IMG/VR virus record: IMGVR_UViG_3300025387_000001
DNA length: 64,000 nucleotides
Strand: one strand, 5' to 3'
Source: an uncultured virus (IMG/VR IMGVR_UViG_3300025387_000001)
Lineage: Duplodnaviria > Heunggongvirae > Uroviricota > Caudoviricetes
Positions 1-9,491 of the stretch are shown here, piece after piece. The notes below the pieces were generated by a model. It had not been told where the DNA came from. It did not search any database and was given only the letters and a program-made list of their open reading frames with translations. Made by a program: the position numbers and the translations under genes. Position 1 is the first letter of the stretch, and each line of letters starts with the position of its first letter.

Positions 1-177
1 ACGGCCGGCGCAACAGGATCTCAAGGCGCCGCAGGACAACCAGGAGCAGCAGGAACAACAGGTGCCACAGGTGCCACAGGACAACCAGGAGCAGCAGGAG
101 CACAAGGTTCTGCGATAAATGGTAACTCTAACATAACATATATAAATGTAGGTACGATAAATGGCCCAACAGTTTAA
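1..177 (+). CDS. 3' end of collagen-like (Gly-X-Y) protein, probably a tail fibre; partial
   Basis: Frame 1 reads TAGATGSQGAAGQPGAAGTTGATGATGQPGAAGAQGSAING...GPTV*, stop TAA at 175-177. Confidence 0.75.
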   Translation, partial: TAGATGSQGAAGQPGAAGTTGATGATGQPGAAGAQGSAINGNSNITYINVGTINGPTV

Positions 178-195
178 TTAATTAGGAATTATACT

Positions 196-828
196 ATGAT
201 ATATAATAAAATTGTGAATAATCCAAAAGAAAGAAGAAAGTCGTTTCCTTATTATGTTTATTGGAATGGCGTTTTTTCAGATTGTGAATTAAATGATTTT
301 GAAAATATCTGTGATACTTATGATAGAGAACGTGCATTAACAATAGGTGCAAATAATCAAGAAGAAATAGAAAAAGTAAGAAAATCTGAAGTATGTTTTA
401 TTAATAGAAATGATAAAACATCTTGGATCTTTGATCGTTTTAATAATGCTATAAATAATATAAACCAAGAATTTTATGGTTTTGAATTAAATGGTTATGA
501 AGCATTTCAATATACCGTTTATAATTCTAATGATCAAGGTAAATATGATTGGCATATGGATACTGTAATGGGATTTATGCCTGATAATAATATGGATGAA
601 ATTAGGAAATTAACTTGTGTTATGTTATTAAAAGATCCTGTTAAAGATTTTTCAGGTGGAGAATTTGAATTAAATATTTCTAATGAAGAATGCCCAATGA
701 CACCGCCGGAAATGAAAAAAGGTACCATCATTGCTTTTCCTTCATTTTTGATTCACAGAGTAAAACCAGTATATCTTGGGGTTCGTAAATCGGTGGTGAT
801 ATGGGTGGAAGGACCAAAGTTCCGGTAA
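196..828 (+). CDS. 2OG-Fe(II) oxygenase (PKHD/prolyl-4-hydroxylase-like)
   Basis: YDWHMD (HxD), RKLTCV, FSGGEFEL, FPSFLIHRVKPV...RKSVVIWV. Confidence 0.9.
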   Translation: MIYNKIVNNPKERRKSFPYYVYWNGVFSDCELNDFENICDTYDRERALTIGANNQEEIEKVRKSEVCFINRNDKTSWIFDRFNNAINNINQEFYGFELNGYEAFQYTVYNSNDQGKYDWHMDTVMGFMPDNNMDEIRKLTCVMLLKDPVKDFSGGEFELNISNEECPMTPPEMKKGTIIAFPSFLIHRVKPVYLGVRKSVVIWVEGPKFR

Positions 829-834
829 AGATTC

Positions 835-841
835 CTAAATA
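835..841 (+). promoter_or_regulatory. gp55-type late promoter motif (C/A)TAAATA, representative site
   Basis: Same motif precedes late genes at 4328, 8095, 11322, 13091, 15613, 19813, 20494 and 24107; resembles the T4 late promoter TATAAATA. Confidence 0.75.
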
Positions 842-869
842 GTATGAAATACCATATAAAGGGATTACT

Positions 870-1619
870 ATGGCACAATCAGCACCGGCATCCAGAGAAG
901 AATTCAAGGCTCTTTGCTTCCGTCAACTAGGTGAACCAGTCATTAAGGTCAACGTTGATGATGTGCAGGCCGAAGATTGTATCACTATTGCCGTTCAATA
1001 CTTTCAAGAATTCCACTATGATGGAACTGAAAAGACTTATCTAAAGCATCAGATCACCGACACAGATATTACTAATCAGTATATCCAACTACCGGATGGT
1101 GTAAACTCCGTCACACAGATATTCCCAGTTGGTGGTACCAACCAGTCAATGACCTTCTTTGACCTTCGATATCAACTCCGTCTAAACGACCTTTGGGATC
1201 TATCCTCAACCTCTTATGTAAACTATGCCTTGACAATGCAGCATATGCGTACCTTGGATATGATCTTTTCTGGTGAAACCCCTATCCGATATAATCAAAT
1301 CAATAACAGACTTTATATTGATTGGGCGTGGGCCACAGACATTACACCAGGCCAGTGGATCGTCACTCAAGGTAAAGTTGTCACCGATCCAAACCAGTTC
1401 ACCTTATTCTGGAATAATCGTATGCTCAAGGCCCTTGGTACAGCATATATTAAAAAACAGTGGGGTAACAACATGAAGAAGTTTGGTGGTATGCAACTAC
1501 CAGGCGGTATTACAATGAATGGTCAACAGGTTTTTGATGAGGCTGTTGCCGAGATTAAAGAGATTGAGCAAATGATTAGGGATAGTTATCAGGAACCGCC
1601 CCAGTTTTTAGTTGGCTAG
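870..1619 (+). CDS. gp13: Neck protein gp13
   Basis: LGEPVIKVNVDDVQAEDCI...QEFHYDG, KQWGNNMKKFGGMQLPGGITMNG; T4-like synteny. Confidence 0.93.
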   Translation: MAQSAPASREEFKALCFRQLGEPVIKVNVDDVQAEDCITIAVQYFQEFHYDGTEKTYLKHQITDTDITNQYIQLPDGVNSVTQIFPVGGTNQSMTFFDLRYQLRLNDLWDLSSTSYVNYALTMQHMRTLDMIFSGETPIRYNQINNRLYIDWAWATDITPGQWIVTQGKVVTDPNQFTLFWNNRMLKALGTAYIKKQWGNNMKKFGGMQLPGGITMNGQQVFDEAVAEIKEIEQMIRDSYQEPPQFLVG

Positions 1620-1685
1620 ACCCTACAAAGAATTGTGGAGGATGTAACTTTACTAAATAAGGTTATAAACTTCACGGAGGTTACA

Positions 1686-2429
1686 ATGAAAGTATATTGT
1701 ATGGAGAATAAATTGAATGGCAAAAAATATGTTGGTGTTACTACAAAAACAATTGATGAAAGATATGAAAAACATATCCAAGGAAGTCGTTCTAAAGGAA
1801 AGAAACTAGATATACAAAAGGCCATTAAGAAATATGGAGAGGAAAACTTTACCATTAAAGAAATAGATTCCGCCTCAACATATGAAGAAATGATGGAAAA
1901 AGAGAAATACTGGATAGTAAAATTGGATACCAAAAACAAAGGATATAATGCCACAGATGGTGGTGAAGGTTCATTAGGTAAAGTATTATCAGACGAAACT
2001 TTGAAAAAAATGTCAGATAGTATGAAAAAATTATACCAAGAAAACCCTGATCAAAAAAAGGTTATATCCGAAAAAACAAAAGAGGGAATGACCCGTTGGT
2101 GGAATGGTCTATCTGAAGAAGAAAAAGAAGATTATAAAAAAAGGTGTTCTAAAAGGCCGGAAGGATGGGTTCAACCAACAGGTTGGACTTATACACATTC
2201 AGAAGAGGCTAAAGAGGCTATACGGCAGGCAAACCTGAATAAAGTATTATCTGAAGAAACAAAGAAAAAAGTTAGTAAAAGTCGTAAGGGTAAAGGAACG
2301 GGTGAAAAAAATTCCATGGCGAATCCTGAAAATAGAAAGAAAGTGTCTCAGTCCAAAATAGGAAGAAAAAGAGTGTATCAACCAGATGGTTCATTTAAAT
2401 ATTTATTTCCGGATCAGGTAGGAGGCTAA
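1686..2429 (+). CDS. Free-standing GIY-YIG homing endonuclease with NUMOD3 repeats
   Basis: KVYCMENKLNGKKYVGVT, GYNATDGGEG, HSEEAKEAI/LSEETKKKVS repeats; ATG 1686 follows SD GGAGG 1676-1680. Confidence 0.9.
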   Translation: MKVYCMENKLNGKKYVGVTTKTIDERYEKHIQGSRSKGKKLDIQKAIKKYGEENFTIKEIDSASTYEEMMEKEKYWIVKLDTKNKGYNATDGGEGSLGKVLSDETLKKMSDSMKKLYQENPDQKKVISEKTKEGMTRWWNGLSEEEKEDYKKRCSKRPEGWVQPTGWTYTHSEEAKEAIRQANLNKVLSEETKKKVSKSRKGKGTGEKNSMANPENRKKVSQSKIGRKRVYQPDGSFKYLFPDQVGG

Positions 2430-2430
2430 C

Positions 2431-3324
2431 ATCGCTACCAATCGTTATTTTCAGAATTTTCCGTCCGAAGAAAGAGTAACAAACGAATATCTACTTATGG
2501 AAGATGTTATTGTGGAATCTATACAGATAATGGGTCATAATGTCTATTATGTTCCTAGAGAGTCTTTTGATGAAGGAGATATGGTTTTTGGCGAATACTC
2601 CAAGAGTGCCTTTAACAAAGCATATCTTATTGAGGCCTATCTCTCTAATGTCACCGGGCATGAAGGTCAAGGTGATTTCTTCTCCAAGTTCGGATTAGAG
2701 ATCAGGGACACAGATACGTTCGTCCTTTCGCGTAGGTCTTTTCTCAATACACTACCAGGTTCTATCAGACAAAGACCTCAAGAAGGAGATTTGGTATATA
2801 TTCCTGTCCTTCATAAGATGTATGAGATCAAATTTGTTGAACAAGAACTAATGTTTCACTCCATAGGTAAAAGATTACCATTTGTCTATGAGATGAGATG
2901 TGAAGCATTCCGTGGTGACCAAGCACCTATCAACACAGGTATTGAAGAGATTGATCAAGTTGGTATTGATAATAACTACAGCATGGCACTAAATCTATCT
3001 CAAGTTGGGCCTAATAAACTTGATTACCTTGTTGGTGAAAATGTTTATCAATCATCAAATGGTAATTGGAATGGTGCATATACAAAGGCCACTATCAAAG
3101 AATGGTTTGCGTCCAATAATACCGTTTTAGTTTATAACATTATTGGTGAGTTTGAAACTAGTGCCAACTTGATTGGTAATACAAGCCAGGCAATATACAA
3201 CTTGGTTGGATATGATAATAAAGAAAATCATACATTCTATGAGATGTTTGATAATAAACAAGTAAATACGGATGCAGGCGTTATACTTGACCTATCCGAA
3301 ACTAACCCATTTGGAACACCATAA
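2431..3324 (+). CDS. gp14: Neck protein gp14 (probable ATC start at 2431; first in-frame ATG at 2497)
   Basis: ESIQIMGHNVYYVPRE, FFSKFGLEIRD, RPQEGDLVYIP, SETNPFG; the frame is open upstream as (I)ATNRYFQNF after SD GGAGG. Confidence 0.9.
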   Translation: MATNRYFQNFPSEERVTNEYLLMEDVIVESIQIMGHNVYYVPRESFDEGDMVFGEYSKSAFNKAYLIEAYLSNVTGHEGQGDFFSKFGLEIRDTDTFVLSRRSFLNTLPGSIRQRPQEGDLVYIPVLHKMYEIKFVEQELMFHSIGKRLPFVYEMRCEAFRGDQAPINTGIEEIDQVGIDNNYSMALNLSQVGPNKLDYLVGENVYQSSNGNWNGAYTKATIKEWFASNNTVLVYNIIGEFETSANLIGNTSQAIYNLVGYDNKENHTFYEMFDNKQVNTDAGVILDLSETNPFGTP

Positions 3325-4331
3325 TGTTAGGTAATAGTCCTTTTTATCATCAACTAACACGTAAAGCAGTTGTTCTTTTTGGACGGTTATTTGATGATAT
3401 AACATTGGTTAGAAAGAATGATCAGACAGGTGTAGAAACAAATCGTTTTTTGGTACCTATTATCTATTCACCAAAAGAGAAGATGGTTACTCGTATTTTT
3501 TCCGATCCAGATTTACTACGTCAGGTACAAACAATTCTGCCTAGAATGGGTTTTGAGATTACTGGTATATCTTATGATGCATCCAGAAAACAAAACTCAC
3601 TTTTAAAAGCAGCAAGATCCAATACCACAACCCATGTTACAGCATCTTATATGGGTGTTCCTTATGATATTAATTTTCAATTGAATATCTATACCCGTAA
3701 TATAGACGACGGTACTCAGATTGTAGAACAGATTTTACCATTCTTTAATCCAGATTTCACGGTATCTACTAATATGATACCAGACCTTGGCGCATTGAAA
3801 GATGTTCCTATCATTCTCAATAATGTTTCAAATGATATCCAGTATGAAGGTGATTTTGATTCGGTAAGATATGTTAATTGGACACTTAACTTTACCATGA
3901 AGATGTATTACTATGGCCCAATCTCTTATCCAAAGATCATTCGTACCGTTTATGCAAATATTTACAACAATCCAAGTTTGCAAACTGGATATATCACAAG
4001 GATAAATACTTCAAATACTAGTGGAACGTTTAAGATAAACGATACTGTTTTCCAGGGTAATAGTTATCATACTGCTACTGCGACAGGTATTGTGGTTAGT
4101 TTCAATAACACACTAAATCAGTTGGTAATAGGTGCTACACAAGGATCGTTCAAAGTCAATAATACTATCCATGCGGTTTCCACCAATGGTGTTTGTACCT
4201 TGGATTCATTTTATGTAGATCCACTAAAGTTGGCGCAAATTACTATTACACCTGATCCTATTAATGCTGATCCAACAGACGATTACGGATATAATATTGA
4301 TATTATAGAGTGGCCTGAAACAGAAACATAA
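3324..4331 (+). CDS. gp15: Tail sheath stabiliser/terminator gp15
   Basis: FYHQLTRKAVVLFGRLFDDI, LPRMGFEITGISYDASRK, QIVEQILPFFNP. Confidence 0.93.
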   Translation: MLGNSPFYHQLTRKAVVLFGRLFDDITLVRKNDQTGVETNRFLVPIIYSPKEKMVTRIFSDPDLLRQVQTILPRMGFEITGISYDASRKQNSLLKAARSNTTTHVTASYMGVPYDINFQLNIYTRNIDDGTQIVEQILPFFNPDFTVSTNMIPDLGALKDVPIILNNVSNDIQYEGDFDSVRYVNWTLNFTMKMYYYGPISYPKIIRTVYANIYNNPSLQTGYITRINTSNTSGTFKINDTVFQGNSYHTATATGIVVSFNNTLNQLVIGATQGSFKVNNTIHAVSTNGVCTLDSFYVDPLKLAQITITPDPINADPTDDYGYNIDIIEWPETET

Positions 4332-4360
4332 ATAGATAAACAAATAGCGGAAAAGGCACA

Positions 4361-5779
4361 ATGACACAGCAATATATTAACATTGGTACAGTAGCAAATG
4401 ATGGTACCGGCGATGTAATGAGAGATGCTTTCACTAAAGTTGATAATAACTTTAGTGAACTTTATTCAACAAGTGCAAACTTAACTTCTAATATTTCAGA
4501 CCTTTCTAACAATGTTAATACCTATGTTAATACTCTTTATATACAAGTAGGTCAATCAAATGATCTATCAAATACCGCAATTTTGGATGCCGGTTATGCC
4601 GCAAATACTGCCAATGCTACGAAAGCAATTGCCAATACCGTAAATTCTGCATGGAATCTTGCTAATTCGGCATATGACTATGCTAATGGCACCGTAGTTA
4701 GAACAAACTCCATTTATGCTCTTACTAATTCTTCTTATAATGTTGCTAATGCTGCCTTCGCCTTTGCAAACTCATTACCTTTGGGTGGTGCTATAATCAA
4801 TGCTGCGGCCGCTTTTGATCAAGCAAATTTAGCATTTCAATTGGCCGGAGAAGCATTTGATCTTGCTAACGTAGATTATAATTTGGCCATCAGCGGAATT
4901 GCAAATGCTGCTTCTGCTTATAATTTTGCTAATGGTGTTTCGGCAAATACCACTTCCGCATATCGTGTAGTAAATTCTTCTTACACTGTAGCAAATTCTG
5001 CATATAATACAACAAATGCCGTTTATTATTTGGCAAATGCATCTTTTGATAAAACAAATGCTGCCTTCTCTACCGCCAATACAAAAGTCAATACTGTTAA
5101 CGGAATTTGCACAGGCACCTTTACCGTTCAAGGTTCATTATCTGTCCAAGGTTCTTCATCGTTTGCTGGTTATCATACTATTGATAGTAGTGGAGCTATT
5201 TTCAGAACAAGTGGTGCCGGTTATGGTATAAGAATTTATGCTCCAAATGGAAGCGGATCAGGTATCCTACAATTTACCGATTCATTCCAATCGGTACAAT
5301 GGGGAACAATATATGCAAGTAATACCGAACTTGGTGTTGTTTCAAGTATAAATGTTCCTGTTCGTGTTAAAGTAAATGGATCTACAGTAGGTTCATTTAG
5401 TAGTTCTGGTATGACCATCACAGGTCAAATTTGGGCCACTGATAACATTACTGCTTATTATTCTTCTGATATAAAACTAAAAGAAAATATTGTTATTATT
5501 GATAATGCCCTTGATAAAGTAAAACAGATACGTGGTGTTTTCTATGATTGGTCGGATGATTACATCAAATCACACGGTGGTGAAGATGGTTATTTTGTAA
5601 GAAAACACGATGTTGGTGTTATTGCACAAGAAGTGGAAAAAGTCTTACCAGAAATTGTTGCTGATAGAGAAGATGGCACAAAAGCAGTAAGATATGAAAA
5701 AATAATTCCTTTACTAGTTGAGGCTATCAAAGAACTTTCTGATGAAGTTGAAAGATTAAAGAATGCCTCTTCAAAGTAA
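4361..5779 (+). CDS. Tail fibre with coiled-coil shaft and C-terminal peptidase S74-type intramolecular chaperone
   Basis: N-terminal NIGTVANDGTGD...AFTKVDNNFSELY attachment motif; ANSAY heptads; SDIKLKENI...GVIAQEVEKVLPE...LLVEAIKEL. Confidence 0.88.
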   Translation: MTQQYINIGTVANDGTGDVMRDAFTKVDNNFSELYSTSANLTSNISDLSNNVNTYVNTLYIQVGQSNDLSNTAILDAGYAANTANATKAIANTVNSAWNLANSAYDYANGTVVRTNSIYALTNSSYNVANAAFAFANSLPLGGAIINAAAAFDQANLAFQLAGEAFDLANVDYNLAISGIANAASAYNFANGVSANTTSAYRVVNSSYTVANSAYNTTNAVYYLANASFDKTNAAFSTANTKVNTVNGICTGTFTVQGSLSVQGSSSFAGYHTIDSSGAIFRTSGAGYGIRIYAPNGSGSGILQFTDSFQSVQWGTIYASNTELGVVSSINVPVRVKVNGSTVGSFSSSGMTITGQIWATDNITAYYSSDIKLKENIVIIDNALDKVKQIRGVFYDWSDDYIKSHGGEDGYFVRKHDVGVIAQEVEKVLPEIVADREDGTKAVRYEKIIPLLVEAIKELSDEVERLKNASSK

Positions 5780-6425
5780 TGGATCTATATCTTTTTCGGA
5801 TGTATCACAATTTATATCAGGTTCTAATAATCAAATTAGTTTAAATGATTTGCTAGTTAGATTACTTTTAAATGATAGTTCTGGCCCAGTTTCTATGTTT
5901 GATGCCTATAGCAAACCTGCACCAGGTTCAGCATCATATACAAGACCAGGCACATATTCATTTCTCGTTTATCCTTATTCAACCATCTCTGTTGAGGTAT
6001 TAGGTGCCGGTGGTGGTGGCGGCGGTGGAGACAATCATAATATATATGGTATTGGTAACTGCGGTTATGATGGTGGTAATGGAGGTTTAAGTCAATTTCA
6101 AGATATGATCGCTTATGGTGGTGGTTATGGTGGTGGTAATTGTAGCGGCCATCCAGGTACTAATAGTGGAGGTACAGGAGGAACCGTGACAGTAGGCGGT
6201 GGATCGGCCGGTGGCCATGGAGGATGGCCTCAACAAGGTTCAGGTAACGGTTATAATGGTGGGTACGGTGGTAAAACTGTAAAGTCCTGGACTTGGACTG
6301 ATTATGATTCAGATCGCCCTATATGGGGAACCTACATTACTGTTATTGTCGGTGCAGGCGGCGCAGCTGCGCCTCAAAATGCCGGTTATGGTATTGATGG
6401 TGTTGTAAATATTTCTTGGTCATAG
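5763..6425 (+). CDS. Glycine-rich tail-fibre tip/adhesin-like protein
   Basis: MPLQSNGSISFSDV start, GAGGGGGGG and multiple Gly-rich tracts, C-terminal VNISWS; overlaps fibre gene. Confidence 0.7.
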   Translation: MPLQSNGSISFSDVSQFISGSNNQISLNDLLVRLLLNDSSGPVSMFDAYSKPAPGSASYTRPGTYSFLVYPYSTISVEVLGAGGGGGGGDNHNIYGIGNCGYDGGNGGLSQFQDMIAYGGGYGGGNCSGHPGTNSGGTGGTVTVGGGSAGGHGGWPQQGSGNGYNGGYGGKTVKSWTWTDYDSDRPIWGTYITVIVGAGGAAAPQNAGYGIDGVVNISWS

Positions 6426-6434
6426 GAAATAATA

Positions 6435-6953
6435 ATGGAAGATTCAGAAGAACTATATATCAAAATAGAAAATGGTAAACCGGTAGGACATCCTATTACA
6501 GGATGGAATCTTCGTAATGCTTATCCAAATCTTGAACCAGAAAAATTACCACCAGGATTTGAAAGATTTACTCGCGTAGATGTTCCTCAATTAAGTATAT
6601 TTGAAAAACATATTGGTACTGAGTATATAAAATCAAATTATGGGTGGACCGATAATCATATTGTTGAAAAAAATGATCCAGTGATTTCAGATATTGAATC
6701 ATTAATAGAAGATGTGAATTATCCTGAAATGCCAAATGATGGTCAACAATATTTCTGGTCAATTAGTGCAGGAAAATGGATTAATCAAAAAGTTTTTGAT
6801 CAGGTATTTTCAGAGTTTTTGAAAAAGAATAAAATAAAATATGAAAATATTGAATTCAAAACATTAGAAGAAATGCATAAGTTATCCGATGAACAAAAAA
6901 GAAAATTTGGAGAACTTATTGAAGAGTATAACAAAATTGTTAATGAAGTTTGA
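6435..6953 (+). CDS. Hypothetical protein (tail-fibre associated)
   Basis: ORF with SD AGGA; LYIKIENGKPVGHPI start. Confidence 0.55.
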   Translation: MEDSEELYIKIENGKPVGHPITGWNLRNAYPNLEPEKLPPGFERFTRVDVPQLSIFEKHIGTEYIKSNYGWTDNHIVEKNDPVISDIESLIEDVNYPEMPNDGQQYFWSISAGKWINQKVFDQVFSEFLKKNKIKYENIEFKTLEEMHKLSDEQKRKFGELIEEYNKIVNEV

Positions 6954-8115
6954 TCCACAATCTAATGAATGGTTATTAAATAAACATCAAATATACAAAG
7001 AACTCCGAAATGCAGAAAAAGCATATTGGAGTGAAAAATATAATCTATATGTTATGACCAGGTATGATGATGTTTATTATATCCTCAGTAACCCGAATAC
7101 ATTCTCTTCAGCAAAAGGCAACCTACCTATAGAAGATACTTACAGGTTTGGAAACACCTTAGGTGCTAGTGATAATCCTATTCACAACGAATATAAGAAC
7201 ATTGTTAAAAATGCCTATAGTAAAGATAATATAAAAAGAATAGCAGACGTTTTTCGTGAAAAGGCTATAGAGCATTTTGAAAACAAGACAGAAATAAACA
7301 TATCGGAAATCACCGAAGACTTAGCAGCGTGGGCCGGTGCCGAGACTTTAAACTTTCCTCTTTATAAAACATATATTAAAGATATGATTATTGAGTCTCA
7401 GAAGTATAATCCTTTTTCAGTATCAAAAGACCATATTGAAAACTTTGATGACCGATATGATAGTCTATTGAAACATTATAAAAGATTGGTCAAAACAACT
7501 CAAATGAAAATACCACCTACAGGTCCTGGTATATACAAAGAATATATTAAAAATGCTCCAAGGTGGCCAGATGATAGAGATGATAGTTCTTTGTATCTTG
7601 GAGGTCCTATGATTTCCGGAACTGGTTCTCTTATTGCGGCACTACAGTTTTTAACACTGGACTTGTATAGAGAGAATCAACTAGATATAATACTGAATGA
7701 TAGGTCTCTAATACCTTTAGCAGTAAATGAATCTTTGAGATTTAATGCATCTACAGGTAGGTTTTCCAGAACCGTCACTAAAGAAATCACTATGCATAGT
7801 ATTGATTTAAAACCTGGAGATAGGGTTGCTGCCTGTATGGACTCGGCAAATAGAGACTCTAATAAGTTTCCTAATCCAGATAAGTTTGATATACATAGAG
7901 ACACCTCAGGTCATCTTGCATTTGGACATGGAATACATACTTGCATTGCTCTTGCTATATCAAGAGAACTACTTTCTGTTTATTTGGAAACCTTATTAGA
8001 TAAGATTGGTAAGTATGAAATAACAACCAAAAACTCTGATTTAATATATAAAGTATCTGGTTCTGGTACTGGAGACATCATCACAAATATTATACTAAAT
8101 AAGACAAACGTTTAA
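6943..8115 (+). CDS. Cytochrome P450
   Basis: TRYDDV, ExxR (NESLRF), SANRD...FPNPDKFDIHR, heme motif HLAFGHGIHTCIA; ATG 6943 overlaps the previous gene. Confidence 0.92.
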   Translation: MKFDPQSNEWLLNKHQIYKELRNAEKAYWSEKYNLYVMTRYDDVYYILSNPNTFSSAKGNLPIEDTYRFGNTLGASDNPIHNEYKNIVKNAYSKDNIKRIADVFREKAIEHFENKTEINISEITEDLAAWAGAETLNFPLYKTYIKDMIIESQKYNPFSVSKDHIENFDDRYDSLLKHYKRLVKTTQMKIPPTGPGIYKEYIKNAPRWPDDRDDSSLYLGGPMISGTGSLIAALQFLTLDLYRENQLDIILNDRSLIPLAVNESLRFNASTGRFSRTVTKEITMHSIDLKPGDRVAACMDSANRDSNKFPNPDKFDIHRDTSGHLAFGHGIHTCIALAISRELLSVYLETLLDKIGKYEITTKNSDLIYKVSGSGTGDIITNIILNKTNV

Positions 8116-8129
8116 TAAATAGGTTTATT

Positions 8130-8579
8130 ATGGGACTTGAGAAAAACTTATCAGATGCCTTAGGCATTGACCACGAAACTCCTGCTGCACCCAAGCAGGA
8201 GATAATACCTTATGAACCACCACAAATACATTCTGATGCTGAAGAAGATTACCTTCTAGCTAGAAAAACTCTTCGCAACCTTATTGAAAAAGGTAATGAT
8301 GCTATTGAAGAAATCTCACAAATTGCCCGTCAACAAGAATCCGCAAGAGGGTTTGAGGTTGTTTCTACTCTAATCAAGACTGTCGGTGATACGACCAAAG
8401 ACCTATATAACCTTCAGAAGATGACCAAAGACCTAAAAGGGCCTGACCCTGAATCCGATCCTCGTAAAAAGAACACAGAATCCATAAATGTGGAACAGGC
8501 AGTCTTTGTCGGTTCAGCAGCCGAGTTATTGTCGGCTATAAAGAAGAAGAAGGAAGAAGATGGCTCGCCTTCCGTTTAG
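8130..8579 (+). CDS. gp16: Terminase small subunit gp16
   Basis: EDYLLARKTLRNLIEKG...ARGFEVVSTLIK...AVFVGSAAELL; directly upstream of gp17. Confidence 0.9.
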   Translation: MGLEKNLSDALGIDHETPAAPKQEIIPYEPPQIHSDAEEDYLLARKTLRNLIEKGNDAIEEISQIARQQESARGFEVVSTLIKTVGDTTKDLYNLQKMTKDLKGPDPESDPRKKNTESINVEQAVFVGSAAELLSAIKKKKEEDGSPSV

Positions 8580-9462
8580 ATACCAATCAAATCCTAATTT
8601 ACCTAACGAACAGTATAGGCACGCTTTTACACAAAGAGAATTGGAAGAATACCAAAAATGTGTAGATGATCCCGTCTATTTTGCCAAAAAATATATCCGA
8701 ATCATTAATGTTGATAAAGGCCTTATACCTTTTGATATGTGGGACTTTCAAGAGGATATGGTCAATACATTTCATAACAATCGTTTCTCTATCTGTAAAC
8801 TACCACGACAGGTTGGTAAATCAACTACCAGCGTAGCATACATTCTCCATCAGGTATTGTTCAATGAACAGTTTGTAGTTGCCATCCTCGCTAACCGTGC
8901 GCCTACGGCCCGTGAGTTGCTAGGAAAACTAAAACTGGCCTTTGAGTATTTACCTATGTTTCTCAAACAAGGTATCAAGGAATGGAATAAAGGTTCTATC
9001 TGGTTAGCAAATGGTTCAAGAGTTCTTGCCGATTCTACAAGCGGATCATCAGTTCGCGGTTTCTCGTTCAACCTAATATTTTTGGACGAGTTCGCGTTCG
9101 TCCCTAATAATATTGCGGAAGAGTTCTTTATGTCTACATATCCTACCATTTCTTCTGGACAAAAATCAAAAGTAGTCATTGTTTCAACTCCAAACGGTAT
9201 GAACCTGTTTTATAAGCAATGGATGGATGCTGTTGAAGGTAGGTCAGATTATAAGCATATTGAAATCCACTGGTCATTGGTTCCAGGAAGAGACCAGAAA
9301 TGGGCCGAGCAAACCATTCGTAACACCAGCCAGCGACAGTTTGACCAAGAGTTTGGTTGTGTAGCCGGAGATACCATCGTAGAGATAAGAAACAAAGACA
9401 CCGGTGAAATACAAAAAATAACTATGGAAAAACTTTATGAAATGATGGATGTGAGTTCATAG
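8560..9462 (+). CDS. gp17: Terminase large subunit gp17, N-terminal ATPase half fused to a 34-aa N-intein
   Basis: Walker A PRQVGKST, Walker B LIFLDEFAF, VSTPNG; ends FDQEFG|CVAGDTIVEIR... Confidence 0.95.
   Translation: MARLPFRYQSNPNLPNEQYRHAFTQRELEEYQKCVDDPVYFAKKYIRIINVDKGLIPFDMWDFQEDMVNTFHNNRFSICKLPRQVGKSTTSVAYILHQVLFNEQFVVAILANRAPTARELLGKLKLAFEYLPMFLKQGIKEWNKGSIWLANGSRVLADSTSGSSVRGFSFNLIFLDEFAFVPNNIAEEFFMSTYPTISSGQKSKVVIVSTPNGMNLFYKQWMDAVEGRSDYKHIEIHWSLVPGRDQKWAEQTIRNTSQRQFDQEFGCVAGDTIVEIRNKDTGEIQKITMEKLYEMMDVSS
9358..9459 (+). mobile_element. Split intein, N-fragment (34 aa)
   Basis: Block A CVAGDTIVEIRNKDTGEIQKITMEKLY followed by a stop. Confidence 0.9.
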
Positions 9463-9491
9463 GATTACTAAATAGGTATAGGAGGTATCCT

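Noticed and set aside
1620..2430. Intron joining gp13 and gp14
   Set aside because: gp13 ends normally (PPQFLVG*), gp14 has its own SD, and no intron structure is visible.
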